This document shows, piece after piece, positions 28,550 through 39,947 of a stretch of 64,000 nt of DNA; positions within the stretch are counted from its first letter, which is position 1; each line of letters opens with the position of its first letter. The stretch comes from Thermoanaerobaculia bacterium (GTDB lineage Bacteria; Acidobacteriota; Thermoanaerobaculia; UBA5066). The notes under the pieces were generated by a model. That model saw only the letters and a program-made list of their open reading frames with translations. It did not search any database and had not been told where the DNA came from. Where the stretch lies: positions 1,472,420-1,536,419 of the forward strand of contig JAXLQV010000003.1 in assembly GCA_046331465.1 (NCBI GenBank), in the 5' to 3' direction. Both the position numbers and the translations under genes were made by a program.

Positions 28550-29998
28550 ATGCCCGTGCCCCCGAACCTCCCGCCGAAGACCCTCCGCGTCGGGGTCCTC
28601 TCCCGCCTCGCGTCGGCGCGACCCTGGGAGATCCACGACCACGTCACGGCGCTCGCGCTCATGCAGGTCTACGAGACGCCCTTCAGCTCGCCCCCGGACG
28701 GCGGCGCGCCGAAGCCGGAGCTCTTCGCCGAGCCCCTCCGCCAGGACGGCGACCCCCTCACCCTCTCGGCCGCGGTGCGGCCCGGGGCCTCCTTCTCGGA
28801 CGGCACCCCCTGCACCGCCGCCGCCGTCGCGACGTCGCTCGCGCGGGTGCGCGACGTCTCCGCGCGCGCCGACGTGAAGACCCGGAACGAGCGCGTCGAG
28901 TTCCGCCTCCGGGCGCCCGACCCGCACTTCGCGACGATCCTGACGAACCCGTTCTGCGGCGTGGCCCTCGAGAGCCGGGGAGCGCTCCTCGGCACCGGCC
29001 CCTTCCTGCCGCCCGAGCCGCTCGAGGGCGACGACGTGGTCCGGTCCGGCAAGGTCCTCCTCCGCGCGAACCCCCGGGCGGCGAAGGTCCCCGCGCTCGG
29101 CGGCGTCCTCTTCGAGGTCTATCCCGACGCCGAGGCCCTCCTCGCCGCCGTCCACGCGGGCGACGTGCACGTCACGTACGCCCTCACGTTCTCCCACCTC
29201 GCGAAGCTCCGCGGCGCCCCGGTCTACCCGAAGACGCTCGACGGCAGCAGCACCGGGATCCTCTTCCTCAACGTCGAGCGCCCGGCGATGTCGGACCCGC
29301 GCCTCCGGCGCGCCCTCTGCTCCGCCGTCAGCCGGACCGAGATCGCCCGCGTCAGCTATGGACCGCTCGGAATGGGCTTCGCGGCGGCCGGTCTCCTCCC
29401 CCCGTTCCTGAAGAGGGACGTGCCCGTGGGAGCCGTCGACGGGAGCCCGGTCCAGGGGCGGCAGCTCCTCGCGGAGGCGGGCATCACGGCGCCGGAGCGC
29501 CTGACCCTCGTCCTGACGTGGGGCCCGAAGCCCTACATGCCTGACCCGCCGGCCGTGGCGAAGACGCTCATCGAGAGCTTCCGGCCGCTCGGCATCGAGC
29601 TCACGATCGTCCAGCCCCGCGACCGGGGGGAGTACGTCGGGCACCTCGAGCGCGCCGACTACGACCTCCTCCTCGGCGGGTGGATCGCCGACACCCCCCT
29701 CGCGTCCGACTTCGTCGACTCGCTCCTCCTCTCGACGATGGTCACCTCGCGGACGGCGCCGCGGGCGGCCGCCTACAACCTCTCGCGCTGGCAGGACCCG
29801 GCGACCGACCGGGACCTCGAGAAGTTCCGGAAGAGCCAGGACGTCCGGGACCTCGCCCCGATCGCCCGGACGGTCCACGAGCAGGGGCTCCTCGTCCCGC
29901 TCCTCCACGGCAAGCTGATCGCCGTCTCCCACAGGGACACGCGGCGGTTCGTGCCGTCGGCGCTCGCCCGCTCGTACTTCGGCGAGATGGAGGTCTAG
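28550..29998 (+). CDS. ABC-transporter substrate-binding protein family 5-like (no obvious signal peptide)
   Basis: SBP_bac_5-like architecture inferred from overall pattern; weak domain call. Confidence 0.4.
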   Translation: MPVPPNLPPKTLRVGVLSRLASARPWEIHDHVTALALMQVYETPFSSPPDGGAPKPELFAEPLRQDGDPLTLSAAVRPGASFSDGTPCTAAAVATSLARVRDVSARADVKTRNERVEFRLRAPDPHFATILTNPFCGVALESRGALLGTGPFLPPEPLEGDDVVRSGKVLLRANPRAAKVPALGGVLFEVYPDAEALLAAVHAGDVHVTYALTFSHLAKLRGAPVYPKTLDGSSTGILFLNVERPAMSDPRLRRALCSAVSRTEIARVSYGPLGMGFAAAGLLPPFLKRDVPVGAVDGSPVQGRQLLAEAGITAPERLTLVLTWGPKPYMPDPPAVAKTLIESFRPLGIELTIVQPRDRGEYVGHLERADYDLLLGGWIADTPLASDFVDSLLLSTMVTSRTAPRAAAYNLSRWQDPATDRDLEKFRKSQDVRDLAPIARTVHEQGLLVPLLHGKLIAVSHRDTRRFVPSALARSYFGEMEV

Positions 29999-30103
29999 GG
30001 GCGTGCGCGCGGAGCGTCTTCGGGCCGGGAACCGCCCGCGCTCGGCTAGACTGGCGGGAGGACCCCGTTCGCGGCGTTGGCCCGCCGGGAGGGAGAGCCG
30101 TTC

Positions 30104-30502
30104 ATGAAGCTGAAGAAGGTCCTGATCGTCGACGACTCCGAGCTCGTCCACAAGATGCACGGGCTGGTCCTGCAGCGGTACCAGAAGTGCGAGGTCCTCC
30201 ACACGTACGACGGGAACCAGGCGCTCGAGGCTCTGAGCCGGAACCCCGACGTCCAGCTCATCCTCCTCGACATCAACATGCCGGTGATGGACGGTCTCCG
30301 CTTCCTCGAGGTCCGCAAGCAGACGGGACTCTTCACCGACATCCCCGTCATCATCATCTCCACGGAGGGGCGCGAGGACGACACGGCGCGCGGGATGGCC
30401 CTCGGGGCGACCGGCTACGTCAAGAAGCCGTTCCGCCCCGCGCAGCTGCACGCGATCATCGACGGCCTCTTCGACAGCCGGAGCGGACCCGGGGAGCCAT
30501 GA
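30104..30502 (+). CDS. cheY: CheY-like single-domain response regulator
   Basis: KVLIVDDSELV...ILLDINMPVMDG...GATGYVKKPF. Confidence 0.85.
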   Translation: MKLKKVLIVDDSELVHKMHGLVLQRYQKCEVLHTYDGNQALEALSRNPDVQLILLDINMPVMDGLRFLEVRKQTGLFTDIPVIIISTEGREDDTARGMALGATGYVKKPFRPAQLHAIIDGLFDSRSGPGEP

Positions 30503-30545
30503 GGAGCGGGAGCTCCGCGGCGCCGCCGGCTCGCGGAGGGCGCCG

Positions 30546-32213
30546 GTGACGACGGCCGAGTTCCAGGAGATCCTGGACGACTACCTCTCGTCGACGCGGG
30601 AGCTCCTGGAAAAGGCCGAGGCGACCCTGCTCGAGGCCGAGCGCGCCGAGGCCGCGCTCACGCCGGACGACCTCGCGGGCCTCAAGCGCGTCTTCCACAC
30701 GCTCAAGGGGAACTCCGGGATGATGGGGTACGACGCGGTCGCGCGGGCCGCGCACGTCATGGAGGACGCCCTCGTCGCGGTCGGCGGCGGCGACGCCGCC
30801 GAGGACGAGGAGGTCGTCGTCCTCCTCCTCTCGGCGATCGGCATGATCTCCCCGGCGTTCCGCTCGGGCGAGGTCCCCGAGACGATGCCGGCCGACTGGG
30901 CCGCGGCGCTCTCGGGCCTCGAGCGGGTCGCCTCCGAGGCCGGGAGCGCGCCGCACGCCCGCCCCGCCGCCGGGGCGCCCGCCGCGGACGCCGCCGCCCG
31001 GGGCATCCTCGCGGGGAGGTCCCGGTCCCTCCGCGTGAGCCACGCGAGCCTCGAGAGGCTGCTCGAGCTGACCGGCGAGATGAACGTCCTCCTCGCGGGC
31101 GTCGCCGAGCGGCTCCGGAGGATCGCCGCCCGCACGCCCTCGGACGAGGCCGCGGCCGCGACCGAGAGCCTCGAGCTCCTCCTGCGGACGTTCGGCCTCC
31201 TCGAGCGCGAGGTCTTCGCGACGCGGCTCGTCCCCGTCGAGACGGTCTTCGCCCGGTTCCGGCGCCTCGTGCGCGACCTCTCGCTCGAGCTCGGCAAGGA
31301 GGTCGACGTCGTCGTGGAAGGGGGCGCGACGACGTTCGACAAGTCGATCGTCGACGAGCTCGCCGAGCCGCTCGTCCACCTCGTGCGGAACGCGGTCGAC
31401 CACGGCATCGAGAGCCCCGCCGAGCGGGAGGCGAAGGGGAAGCCCCGGCGCGCGACGCTCACCCTGGCCGCCCGGCAGGCCTCCAGCCTCGCCGAGGTCG
31501 CCGTCCTCGACGACGGCGCCGGCATCGACCTCGAGCGGGTCCGGCGGCGCGCCGCGGAGATGGGGATCGCCACCGACGAGCTGGACGAGGGCGCGGTCCG
31601 CGACCTCGTCTTCCTCCCGGCCTTCTCGACCCGCCAGGGGGTCAGCGCAATCTCCGGGCGCGGCGTGGGGCTCGACGTCGTGAAGGCGTCGGTCGAGAGG
31701 CTCGGCGGCTCCGTGCAGCTCCGTTCCGCGCCGGGGCGCGGGACGGAGTTCCGCCTCGCATTCCCCCTGACGCTCGCCGTCTCGGACGCCCTCCTCGTCG
31801 CCGTCGACGGAGAGACCTACGCCCTCCCGGTCAGCTTCCTCGAGGAGACGGTCCGCCTCGAGGAGGGGGAGCTGCACCGGGTCGCCTCGCGCGGCGTGAT
31901 CCGCTTCCGCGAGCGCCTCGTGGCCGCGGTCGACGCCGGGGCCTTCCTCGGGACGGGCGCGCCGGGCCGGGGCGGGCGCCGGTTCGCGTCGATCCTCTCG
32001 GGCGGCGGCCGCCAGAAGGCGCTCCTCGTCGACCGCCCCCTCGAGACGCGCCGGATCGTCGTGAAGCCGCTCGACGAGTCGCTCGGCCGGCCGCTCGGCC
32101 TCTCGGGGGCGACGCTACTGGGCGACGGCCGGATCGTGATGATCCTCGACGCGGTGGGGCTCCTCGACGCGCACGTCGAGAGGCTCCAGGCCGCCGCGGG
32201 AAGGGAGCTCTGA
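30546..32213 (+). CDS. cheA: Chemotaxis histidine kinase CheA (HPt-dimerisation-HATPase-CheW-like)
   Basis: [12 protein letters not shown]t, HATPase G-boxes, C-terminal CheW-like domain. Confidence 0.9.
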   Translation: MTTAEFQEILDDYLSSTRELLEKAEATLLEAERAEAALTPDDLAGLKRVFHTLKGNSGMMGYDAVARAAHVMEDALVAVGGGDAAEDEEVVVLLLSAIGMISPAFRSGEVPETMPADWAAALSGLERVASEAGSAPHARPAAGAPAADAAARGILAGRSRSLRVSHASLERLLELTGEMNVLLAGVAERLRRIAARTPSDEAAAATESLELLLRTFGLLEREVFATRLVPVETVFARFRRLVRDLSLELGKEVDVVVEGGATTFDKSIVDELAEPLVHLVRNAVDHGIESPAEREAKGKPRRATLTLAARQASSLAEVAVLDDGAGIDLERVRRRAAEMGIATDELDEGAVRDLVFLPAFSTRQGVSAISGRGVGLDVVKASVERLGGSVQLRSAPGRGTEFRLAFPLTLAVSDALLVAVDGETYALPVSFLEETVRLEEGELHRVASRGVIRFRERLVAAVDAGAFLGTGAPGRGGRRFASILSGGGRQKALLVDRPLETRRIVVKPLDESLGRPLGLSGATLLGDGRIVMILDAVGLLDAHVERLQAAAGREL

Positions 32214-32215
32214 GG

Positions 32216-32773
32216 ATGGACGCGAAGAAGGAACGTCCGGGCGACGTCGTCCCGGGGGCTCCCGGGGCCGACGGCACCGTCGACCTCCTCGCCTTCGCGG
32301 ACTGGGTCTCCGCGGGCCAGCGGAGGCGCGCCGCGGACCACGCCGCGGAGGAGAAGACCTACGTCGCGTTCCGGCTCGACCGCGAGGAGTACGGGCTCCC
32401 GGTCGAGAGCGTGCGGGAGATCCTGCGCCTCGGCGAGACGACCCGCGTCCCGCAGGCCCCGCCGCACATCCGCGGCCTGATGAACGTCCGCGGGAGCATC
32501 CTCCCGGTCGTCGAGATCCGGACGCGCATCGGCCTCGCCCCGCTCGACCCCGGGCCGAGCGCCCGCGTCGTCGTCCTCGAGGTCGGAGAGCGGGCCCTCG
32601 GGCTGCTCGTCGACCGGGTCACGCGCGTGGCGAAGGTGAGGGCGTCCGAGATCGAGCCGCCGCCGGCCGAGGTCGTCACGGCGCGGACGGACTACGTCGT
32701 CGGCGTGGCGAAGCGGCCCGAGGGCCTGCTCGTCCTGCTCGACCCCGGCAAGACCCTGGTCGTGAAGGCATAG
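32216..32773 (+). CDS. cheW: Chemotaxis coupling protein CheW
   Basis: CheW-like domain ([15 protein letters not shown]...[16 protein letters not shown]). Confidence 0.85.
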   Translation: MDAKKERPGDVVPGAPGADGTVDLLAFADWVSAGQRRRAADHAAEEKTYVAFRLDREEYGLPVESVREILRLGETTRVPQAPPHIRGLMNVRGSILPVVEIRTRIGLAPLDPGPSARVVVLEVGERALGLLVDRVTRVAKVRASEIEPPPAEVVTARTDYVVGVAKRPEGLLVLLDPGKTLVVKA

Positions 32774-32802
32774 GAGGTCAACATGACGCGGGAGGAGAGG
32801 GC

Positions 32803-35082
32803 ATGATTTCGTTCCGGAGCCTTCGCGCGCGCCTCGTCGTCTGGTTCCTTTTGGCGGTCGTCCCGCTCGCCGGCTTCGGCGTCTTCAGCCACGTCCGCGT
32901 CCGGTCGTCGATGCGCGAGCTCGTCGGGACCGACTTCCGCGACCGGGCGATGTCGACCGCCGACAAGATCTCCCGGAACCTCTTCGAGCGCTACGCCGAC
33001 GTCGTCGACCTCGCCGAGAACCCCGTCCTGGCGTCGTCGAAGAGCACCGCGGAGCAGAAGAGCGCGGTCCTCCGGAACTTCTTCGACAACCGCGCGCCCG
33101 TTTACTCCTCCATCGTCCTCGCGGATGCCGCGGGGAAGGTCATTGCGGCGTCGGACGCGGCGCTCCTCGGCGGGAACGAGGCGAAGTCGGACTGGTTCGT
33201 CGAGGGGCAGGGGGGCGACCCGTGGTACTCGCCCTCCGTCGCCCGCGACGAGAAGTCGGGCGGGCCCGTCGTCACGTTCTCCTGGCGCGTCGAGGAGGCG
33301 GGCTCCAGCCGCGTCCTCGGCGTCGTCGGCGCGCGGGTCGACTACGGCGCCCTCTTCTCCGAGAACCTCGTGAAGAAGGAGACGTTCGGGAAGACGGGCG
33401 AGATCCTGGTCGTCGACAAGAAGTCCGGGTCGGTCCTCTGCTCGAAGGACGTCGCGGCGATCCTGAAGGCGACCGTCTCGAATCAGCCGGCGTTCCAGCT
33501 GGCGCAGAAGTCCACGCACGGCTTCACGACGCAGGTCGACCCGTCGAACGGAAAGATGTACGCGGTCGGCTGGGCGACCGAGCAGGGCTTCTCGATCTTC
33601 TCGGGGCAGCGCGTCCTCGTCCTCGTGCGGCAGGAGGCCGACGAGGCGTTCAAGACGCTGGACGAGCTCTTCCTGACGTTCCTCGTCGCGCTCGCGATCG
33701 CAGCGGGCGCCGTCGTCGTCCTCGCGTTCCGCGTCTCGCAGGCCGTCTCCCGGCCGCTCCTCGCCCTCGTCGACGTCGCCGAGGGGATCGCCCGCGGCGA
33801 GCTCGCGGACGTGCCGGAGCAGGGGCGGAAGGACGAGATCGGGCGCCTCTCGCGCGCGATGCGCGGGATGGTCGCCTACCTGCGCGAGATGGTCGACGCG
33901 GCGGACCGCCTCGCCGACGGCGACCTCCGCGCGACCCCGGCCCTGCGCGGCGACACCGACGCGTTCGGCCGCGCCTTCGTGAGGATGGTCACGACGCTGC
34001 GCGACCTCCTCTCGCGCCTCCGCGACGCCTCGCAGCAGGTCGCGATCTCGGCCGAGGAGATCTCGGCCTCGGCCTCGTCGATCCAGCGCGGCGCCGAGTC
34101 GCAGGCCGCCTCCTCGGACGAGACCTCCTCGACGCTCGTCGAGATGGCCGCGCAGATCAGCGCGGTGGCCCAGAACACCCAGGCGCTCGCGGCGAACGTC
34201 GAGGAGACGGCCGCCTCGATCCAGGAGATGGGGACGCTCGTCCAGAGGACGGCCCGCAACTCCGAGGTCCTCCTCGAGGCCGTCGACGAGACGACGCGGA
34301 CGCTCCAGGAGATCCACGGCGCGATCCAGACGGTCGACGAGAAGGTCCGCACCGTCGACGAGGTCTCGCGGACGGCGGTCGGCGACGCGAACGACGGCGG
34401 CGGGCTCCTGCAGGGGACGATCCGCTCCATCGGCGAGAAGTCGCAGGGCGTCGGCAAGATCGTGAAGGTCATCGAGGCGATCGCCGACCAGACGAACCTC
34501 CTCGCGCTGAACGCGGCCATCGAGGCTGCCCGGGCGGGCGACGCGGGGCGCGGCTTCGCCGTCGTCGCGGACGAGGTGAAGAAGCTCGCGGAGCGCTCGG
34601 CGCGCGCAACCGAGGAGATCGCGGGCGTCATCGAGGCGATGCAGAAGGACGTGCAGAGCGCCGTCGACATGACGGCCGGCGTCCTCGGGAGCATCCTCGG
34701 CTCGGTGCAGAAGGCGTCCGGCATGGTCGCCGAGGTGCACCGCCTCACGCAGGAGCAGTCGAGCGGGGCCGTGAAGGTCCTCTCGGTGGCCGAGCGGATC
34801 AGCGACGTGTCGCGGCAGGTCTCCACGGCGGCCCAGGAGCAGGCCGCCGGGAGCCAGCAGATCCTGAAGGCCGTCGCGAGCATGAACAGCATGACGCAGC
34901 AGGTGGCGGACGCCACCGTCGAGCAGAAGAAGGGGGGCGACATGGTCGTCCGCGCCATGGAGACGATCGCGTCGGTGGCGCGCGCGAACCTCTCCGCCGT
35001 CGAGGAGCTCACCCGCGCCTCGACGGACCTGGCCCGCGAGGCCGAGAGCCTCCGCCAGCAGCTCGAGTCCTTCCGGGTCTGA
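32803..35082 (+). CDS. Methyl-accepting chemotaxis protein (periplasmic Cache-like sensor, HAMP, MA domain)
   Basis: TM-sensor-TM-HAMP, conserved [31 protein letters not shown] signalling hairpin. Confidence 0.9.
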   Translation: MISFRSLRARLVVWFLLAVVPLAGFGVFSHVRVRSSMRELVGTDFRDRAMSTADKISRNLFERYADVVDLAENPVLASSKSTAEQKSAVLRNFFDNRAPVYSSIVLADAAGKVIAASDAALLGGNEAKSDWFVEGQGGDPWYSPSVARDEKSGGPVVTFSWRVEEAGSSRVLGVVGARVDYGALFSENLVKKETFGKTGEILVVDKKSGSVLCSKDVAAILKATVSNQPAFQLAQKSTHGFTTQVDPSNGKMYAVGWATEQGFSIFSGQRVLVLVRQEADEAFKTLDELFLTFLVALAIAAGAVVVLAFRVSQAVSRPLLALVDVAEGIARGELADVPEQGRKDEIGRLSRAMRGMVAYLREMVDAADRLADGDLRATPALRGDTDAFGRAFVRMVTTLRDLLSRLRDASQQVAISAEEISASASSIQRGAESQAASSDETSSTLVEMAAQISAVAQNTQALAANVEETAASIQEMGTLVQRTARNSEVLLEAVDETTRTLQEIHGAIQTVDEKVRTVDEVSRTAVGDANDGGGLLQGTIRSIGEKSQGVGKIVKVIEAIADQTNLLALNAAIEAARAGDAGRGFAVVADEVKKLAERSARATEEIAGVIEAMQKDVQSAVDMTAGVLGSILGSVQKASGMVAEVHRLTQEQSSGAVKVLSVAERISDVSRQVSTAAQEQAAGSQQILKAVASMNSMTQQVADATVEQKKGGDMVVRAMETIASVARANLSAVEELTRASTDLAREAESLRQQLESFRV

Positions 35083-35098
35083 AGAGGAGGGCCGACCG

Positions 35099-37126
35099 AT
35101 GCGCGCGACGACGAAGGAGACGGCGACGAAGCAGCGGCTCGCCGCGGCGCGCGAGTGGTGCCGGGACTCGGACCCTCTCGCGCGCGGGCGGGGCCTCGAG
35201 CTCGCCGCCCGGCTCGGCCGGCCCGGCCAGGACCTGATCTGGGCCGCCCTCGAGGACCGCGACGCCGCGACCCGGCAGGCCGCGATCCGCCTCGCGGCGC
35301 GCCGGGTCCCGGCCGCGCGCCTCCTCGACGGGGTCGCGAACCCGGCGAACTCCGTCCTCCGGACGGCGTGCATCGACGCCCTGAAGCTGAAGGGGCCCTC
35401 GGCGATCCCGGTCCTCCGGCGGGGAACCGTCTCGGAGGACCCGGACGTCGTCCTCTTCACGCTGCAGATCCTCGGCGCCATGCCCGAGGAGGACGTGGCG
35501 CCGATCCTCCTCGGATTCCTCTCGCACCCCGACCTCAACATCGCGCAGGCGGCGGTCGAGAGCCTCGGCGACCTGAAGTGCCGGAAGGCCGTCGGCCCGC
35601 TCCTCGAGCTCCTCGAGGGGGACCTCTGGCTCCGCTTCGCGGCGATCCTCGCGCTCGGGCGGATCGGCGACGCGCGCGCGACGCTCGAGCTCCTGAAGCT
35701 CACGGGGGACGACTCGCTCGGCACGACCGCGCTCGAGGCGATCGGGCGGATCGGCGACCCGTCCGCGATCGAGCCGCTCTGCCGCGAGCTCGTCCGCGAG
35801 GACCGCTTCCCGCAGCGGGACGCCATCCTGACCGCGATCGGGGAGTGCCTCGCGAGGGCCGGCGGCGAGGTGCCGCGGCTTCGCGACCCCGAGGCCGCGG
35901 CCGCGCTCCGGAGGGACCCGTTCCGCCGCTACCTCCGCGAGGGGCTGGCCTCGGAGACCCCGGAGCTCCGCGCCGCCGCGAACCGCCTCGTCGCCGCCTA
36001 CGGCGACGAGACGCTCTACCCGGGTCTCGTCGAGCACCTCGACGAGCCGGCGCTCGCCTCCGGGACCGTCTCGTTCCTCGGCTCCCTCCCGGAGGCGAAG
36101 GGCGCGCGGGAGCTCCTGCAGGCCGCCGCCTCGCACCCGCGGCCCGCCGTCAGGTCCGCCGCGCTCCGGGTCCTCGGCCTCCGTTCGGAAGCCTGGGGCG
36201 ACGCGATCATCGCGGAGAAGCTCACCGACGCCGACCCGGGCGTCCTCGCGAACGCGGTCCGGTCGCTCGCCCGGAGGCTCCCGGAGGGGGCCTTCGAGAA
36301 GGTCCTCCCGCTCCTCTTCCACGCGAGAGAGGAGGTCCGCAACCGCGCCCTCGAGTCCCTCCCGTACCTGGCGCGCCCGACGGACGTCGCGCTCCTCGAG
36401 CGGCTCCTCCTCGAGACCGAGCCGGGAGAGCGGCTCCTCGCCTACGTCGAGGTCTCGCGCCGCCTCGAGAGGGGACCGTTCGTCGGGGCCTGGCTCTCCC
36501 GGATCCCCGGGGCGCCGCCGGACCTCCTGCGCGGGCTCCTCCGGGCGCTCAGCGAGGAGACCGGCCCGGAGGTCACGGCGAGCCTCCGCCCGCTCCTCGA
36601 CCACCCCGAGCCGGCGATCCGGACGCTCGTCATCGAGTGCCTCGCCCACCCCGCGAACGCCGCGGAGATCGGCCCGCTCCTGAAGGCCCGCCTCCGCGCC
36701 GACCCCGAATGCGTCTACTACGTCGTCCGCGCGCTCGGCCGGCTGCGCTACGCCGCGGCCGCCGGCGACCTGATGGCGTTCTACCCGTCCGCGGCGCCGC
36801 TCGAGAAGGTCGCGATCGTCGAGGCCGTCGGCGCCCTGGGGACGCCGGAAGGGGCCCGGTTCCTCGAGGCCGAGCTGCAGGGGCGCGACCGCGAGCGGCG
36901 CCGGGCCGCGGCCGCCGCGCTCGCCAAGCACCACCGGGACGGGCGGCTCGCGACGTTCGCCCGGCTCGCGCGCGCGGAGGACTGGTCGCTCCGGAACACG
37001 GCGGCCTGGGCGCTCGGCGAGATCGGCTCGGACGACGCCGTCCCGGTCCTCCGCAAGCTGACGGCCGACCACGAGGAGGTCGTCGCCCGCACGGCGCGCA
37101 ACGCGCTCGAGAAGCTCGGGAGCTGA
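35099..37126 (+). CDS. HEAT/PBS-lyase repeat protein (Cpc7-like) embedded in che operon
   Basis: >12 repeats of the LGxIGDxxAxxxL type (e.g. ALGRIGDARATLELL, AWALGEIGSDDAVPVL). Confidence 0.75.
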   Translation: MRATTKETATKQRLAAAREWCRDSDPLARGRGLELAARLGRPGQDLIWAALEDRDAATRQAAIRLAARRVPAARLLDGVANPANSVLRTACIDALKLKGPSAIPVLRRGTVSEDPDVVLFTLQILGAMPEEDVAPILLGFLSHPDLNIAQAAVESLGDLKCRKAVGPLLELLEGDLWLRFAAILALGRIGDARATLELLKLTGDDSLGTTALEAIGRIGDPSAIEPLCRELVREDRFPQRDAILTAIGECLARAGGEVPRLRDPEAAAALRRDPFRRYLREGLASETPELRAAANRLVAAYGDETLYPGLVEHLDEPALASGTVSFLGSLPEAKGARELLQAAASHPRPAVRSAALRVLGLRSEAWGDAIIAEKLTDADPGVLANAVRSLARRLPEGAFEKVLPLLFHAREEVRNRALESLPYLARPTDVALLERLLLETEPGERLLAYVEVSRRLERGPFVGAWLSRIPGAPPDLLRGLLRALSEETGPEVTASLRPLLDHPEPAIRTLVIECLAHPANAAEIGPLLKARLRADPECVYYVVRALGRLRYAAAAGDLMAFYPSAAPLEKVAIVEAVGALGTPEGARFLEAELQGRDRERRRAAAAALAKHHRDGRLATFARLARAEDWSLRNTAAWALGEIGSDDAVPVLRKLTADHEEVVARTARNALEKLGS

Positions 37127-37133
37127 GGGGCGA

Positions 37134-38012
37134 GTGGAGGGCGGCGTCGCGTTCGCGCACCGGACGACCGGCATCCCGCCGATGACGGACGAGGAGTGCC
37201 ACCTCTTCTCGGACTTCGTCCGGGAGCGGTTCGGCCTCGACGTCTTCGCGGCGCACCGCGACCGCGTCCGCTTCCGGCTGAAGGAGCGCCTCGAGGCGCG
37301 GGCGATGACCTCCTTCCTCGAGTACTACCGCTTCCTCGTCCTCTCGCCGGACGCCGCGCAGGAGCTCCACTTCCTCGCCGAGGCGCTGACGAACAACGAG
37401 ACCTACTTCTTCCGGGAGCGCTACCAGCTCGACTGGTATTTCTCGGAGGTCCTCCCGCGGCAGGTCCGGGAGCGCCCGGCCGGGGAGCCGGTCCGCGTCC
37501 TCTCCGCCGGCTGCTCCTCGGGCGAGGAGGCCTACACCCTCGCGATCGTCCAGCACGAGAACCAGTTCCGCTGCTTCGGCCGCCCCGTCGAGATCCACGC
37601 GATCGACCTGAACCCGAGCCGGATCCGGCAGGCGGAGGAGGCCGAGTACGAGGGGCTCTCCTTCCGCGCGGCCCCGCCCGAGGCGAAGGAGAGGTACTTC
37701 ACCGCGACGGCGAAGGACGGGCGCCTCCGCCTCAAGGCCTGGCTGAAGGCGCCCGTGAAGTTCCGCGTCCTGAACCTGATGGAGCTCGGCAGCGGTTTCC
37801 CGGACGGGTACTTCGACGCGGTCTTCTGCCGGAACGTCCTCATCTACTTCAACGAGGCGACGCTCCAGCGCGCGACGGTCCTCTTCCACCGCGCCCTCCG
37901 CCCCCGCGCCCCGCTCTTCCTCGGCCACTCGGAGTCGCTCCTCGGGAAGACCCGCCTCTTCCGCCCGGAGCGGGCGCCCGACTTCATCTACTACGTGAAG
38001 GAGGAGAGGTGA
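37134..38012 (+). CDS. cheR: Chemotaxis protein methyltransferase CheR
   Basis: CheR N-terminal helical + SAM-binding VLSAGCSSGEE...CRNVLIYF; alternative ATG start at 37182. Confidence 0.85.
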   Translation: MEGGVAFAHRTTGIPPMTDEECHLFSDFVRERFGLDVFAAHRDRVRFRLKERLEARAMTSFLEYYRFLVLSPDAAQELHFLAEALTNNETYFFRERYQLDWYFSEVLPRQVRERPAGEPVRVLSAGCSSGEEAYTLAIVQHENQFRCFGRPVEIHAIDLNPSRIRQAEEAEYEGLSFRAAPPEAKERYFTATAKDGRLRLKAWLKAPVKFRVLNLMELGSGFPDGYFDAVFCRNVLIYFNEATLQRATVLFHRALRPRAPLFLGHSESLLGKTRLFRPERAPDFIYYVKEER

Positions 38013-39142
38013 CCGGCGCCGCGGGGGGCGGGACGCCGCGGAACGGCGCGAACGCGAGGGAGGCGCGCGTCCTCGTCGTCGACGACTCGACGTTCGTGAG
38101 GAAGGCGCTCCGGAAGGTCTTCGAGTCGCGCTCCGGGCTCACGGTCGCCGGCGAGGCGGGCGACGGCCTCGAGGCGGTCCGGATGTGCGGCGTCCTCGCG
38201 CCCGACATCGTCACGCTCGACATCCAGATGCCGGGGATGGACGGCCTCGCCGCCCTGAAGGAGATCAAGCGGCTCTGGCCCGACCTTCCGGTCCTCGTCC
38301 TCGCCTCGGCCGCGAGCAACGGCCCCGAGGTCGCCATGGAGGCGCTCGCCCTCGGCGCGTTCGAGTTCGTCGACAAGGGGCAGTTCCGGTCGATGGACTT
38401 CCAGATCATGGGGGAGGAGGTCGTCCGGAAGGTGAGGGCCGGCCTCGCCGCCTCCGCCCCGCCCCCCGCCGCCGAGCTCCCCGCCGCCCCGGTCCCGCCG
38501 CGGCCCGCCCGGCGCGCCGCGGGCCCGGGCCTGCCGAGGACGGACGTCGAGGCGGTCTGCATCGGCGCCTCGACCGGGGGGCCCGCCGCGCTCGGGACGA
38601 TCCTCGGCCGCCTCCCGGCGGGGTTTCCGTTTCCGATCGCCATCGTCCAACATATGCCGATGGGTTTCACGGCGGCTTTCGCCGAGAGGCTGAACCAGTC
38701 GTCGCGCCTCGAGGTCCGGGAGGCGCGGGGCGGGGAGGCGTTCCTGCCGGGCTGGGCGTTCCTGGCCCCCGCGGGCCAGCACCTCGTCTTCGAGGAGGGG
38801 CCCGACGGCGTCCGCGTCGAGCTCTCCGCGGAGCCTGCGGGCGGCTCGCACGTCCCCTCCGTCGACGTCCTCCTCGCGGCCGCGGCCCGGACGTTCGGGA
38901 GGCGCGCGATCGGGATCGTCCTCACCGGGATGGGAAGCGACGGGCGCGAGGGGGCGAAGGCGCTCGTGGCGTCCGGGGGGACGGTCGTCGCCGAGTCGGA
39001 GGAGAGCTGCGCCGTCTACGGCATGCCGCGCGCGGTCGTCGAGGCCGGCCTCGCGAGCGCGGTCTGGAGCGCCGACGAGATCGGGTCGGAGCTCCGGCGG
39101 ATGGCCGGGGCGCCGCCCGAGGAGGGAGGCGAGGACCGATGA
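38009..39142 (+). CDS. cheB: Protein-glutamate methylesterase CheB (REC + methylesterase)
   Basis: VLVVDDSTFVR...DIQMPGMDG receiver; IGASTGGP...HMPMGFT...GMGSDG esterase motifs; GTGA overlap with cheR. Confidence 0.9.
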   Translation: MTGAAGGGTPRNGANAREARVLVVDDSTFVRKALRKVFESRSGLTVAGEAGDGLEAVRMCGVLAPDIVTLDIQMPGMDGLAALKEIKRLWPDLPVLVLASAASNGPEVAMEALALGAFEFVDKGQFRSMDFQIMGEEVVRKVRAGLAASAPPPAAELPAAPVPPRPARRAAGPGLPRTDVEAVCIGASTGGPAALGTILGRLPAGFPFPIAIVQHMPMGFTAAFAERLNQSSRLEVREARGGEAFLPGWAFLAPAGQHLVFEEGPDGVRVELSAEPAGGSHVPSVDVLLAAAARTFGRRAIGIVLTGMGSDGREGAKALVASGGTVVAESEESCAVYGMPRAVVEAGLASAVWSADEIGSELRRMAGAPPEEGGEDR

Positions 39143-39945
39143 CGGATCCGAAGCCGCCCGAGACCTCCGAAGCCCTGCGGACCCTCTTCCGCTCCCTCGA
39201 GGAGCGGAGCCGCGGCATCGAGGACGACTTCCTCCGCCTCTACGACCAGCTCCGCATCCAGGTCGACGACCTGAGGCGCGACCTCGCGACGGCGGAGGCG
39301 CTCCTCGAGTCGACCCACGAGGAGACCCTCCGGGACCGGGAGAAGCTGAAGAAGAAGGCCGAGCAGCTCGAGGCCGAGAACCGCGACTTCGCCCAGCGCT
39401 ACGTCGACCTCGAGGACCACTCGACGAGCCTGACGAACCTCTACGCCGCCACGTTCCAGCTCCACTCCTCGCCCGACCCCGACGCCGTCGTGAGGACGAT
39501 CGTCGAGATCGCGGTGAACCTGATCGGCGCCGCCGAGTTCATCCTCTACCTCTCCGACGAGGCGAAGGGGGACTACTCCGTCGTCGCGCGGGAAGGGGAT
39601 CTCCCGCCCGCGGGACCGCGCCAGGCCGAGCTCGAGCAGGCGGTGGAGAAGGAGGCGGTCCGGCACCGGCGGACCGTCTTCCTCGAGGAGCTTCCGCCGA
39701 CGGGGCGGAGCGGTCTCTCCGACGCGATCTGCTGTGCCCCGCTCTACTTCCGCGACCGTCTCGTGGGCGCCCTGACGATCTACGCCCTCCTCGAGCACAA
39801 GGCGAGCTTCTCCCAGCTCGACCGCGAGCTCTTCGACCTTCTGGGTGAACAGGCCGCCCTCGCGATGGTCTCGTCGCAGGCCTACGTCGCCGTCGAGAGG
39901 AAGCTGAAGACCGTCCAGAGGTTCATGGACCTGCTGAAGACCTGA
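39139..39945 (+). CDS. Coiled-coil + GAF-domain protein
   Basis: N-terminal heptad-rich segment; GAF-like core IGAAEFILYLSD...CCAPLYFRDRLVGALTIY; ATGA overlap with cheB. Confidence 0.6.
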   Translation: MTDPKPPETSEALRTLFRSLEERSRGIEDDFLRLYDQLRIQVDDLRRDLATAEALLESTHEETLRDREKLKKKAEQLEAENRDFAQRYVDLEDHSTSLTNLYAATFQLHSSPDPDAVVRTIVEIAVNLIGAAEFILYLSDEAKGDYSVVAREGDLPPAGPRQAELEQAVEKEAVRHRRTVFLEELPPTGRSGLSDAICCAPLYFRDRLVGALTIYALLEHKASFSQLDRELFDLLGEQAALAMVSSQAYVAVERKLKTVQRFMDLLKT

Positions 39946-39947
39946 CC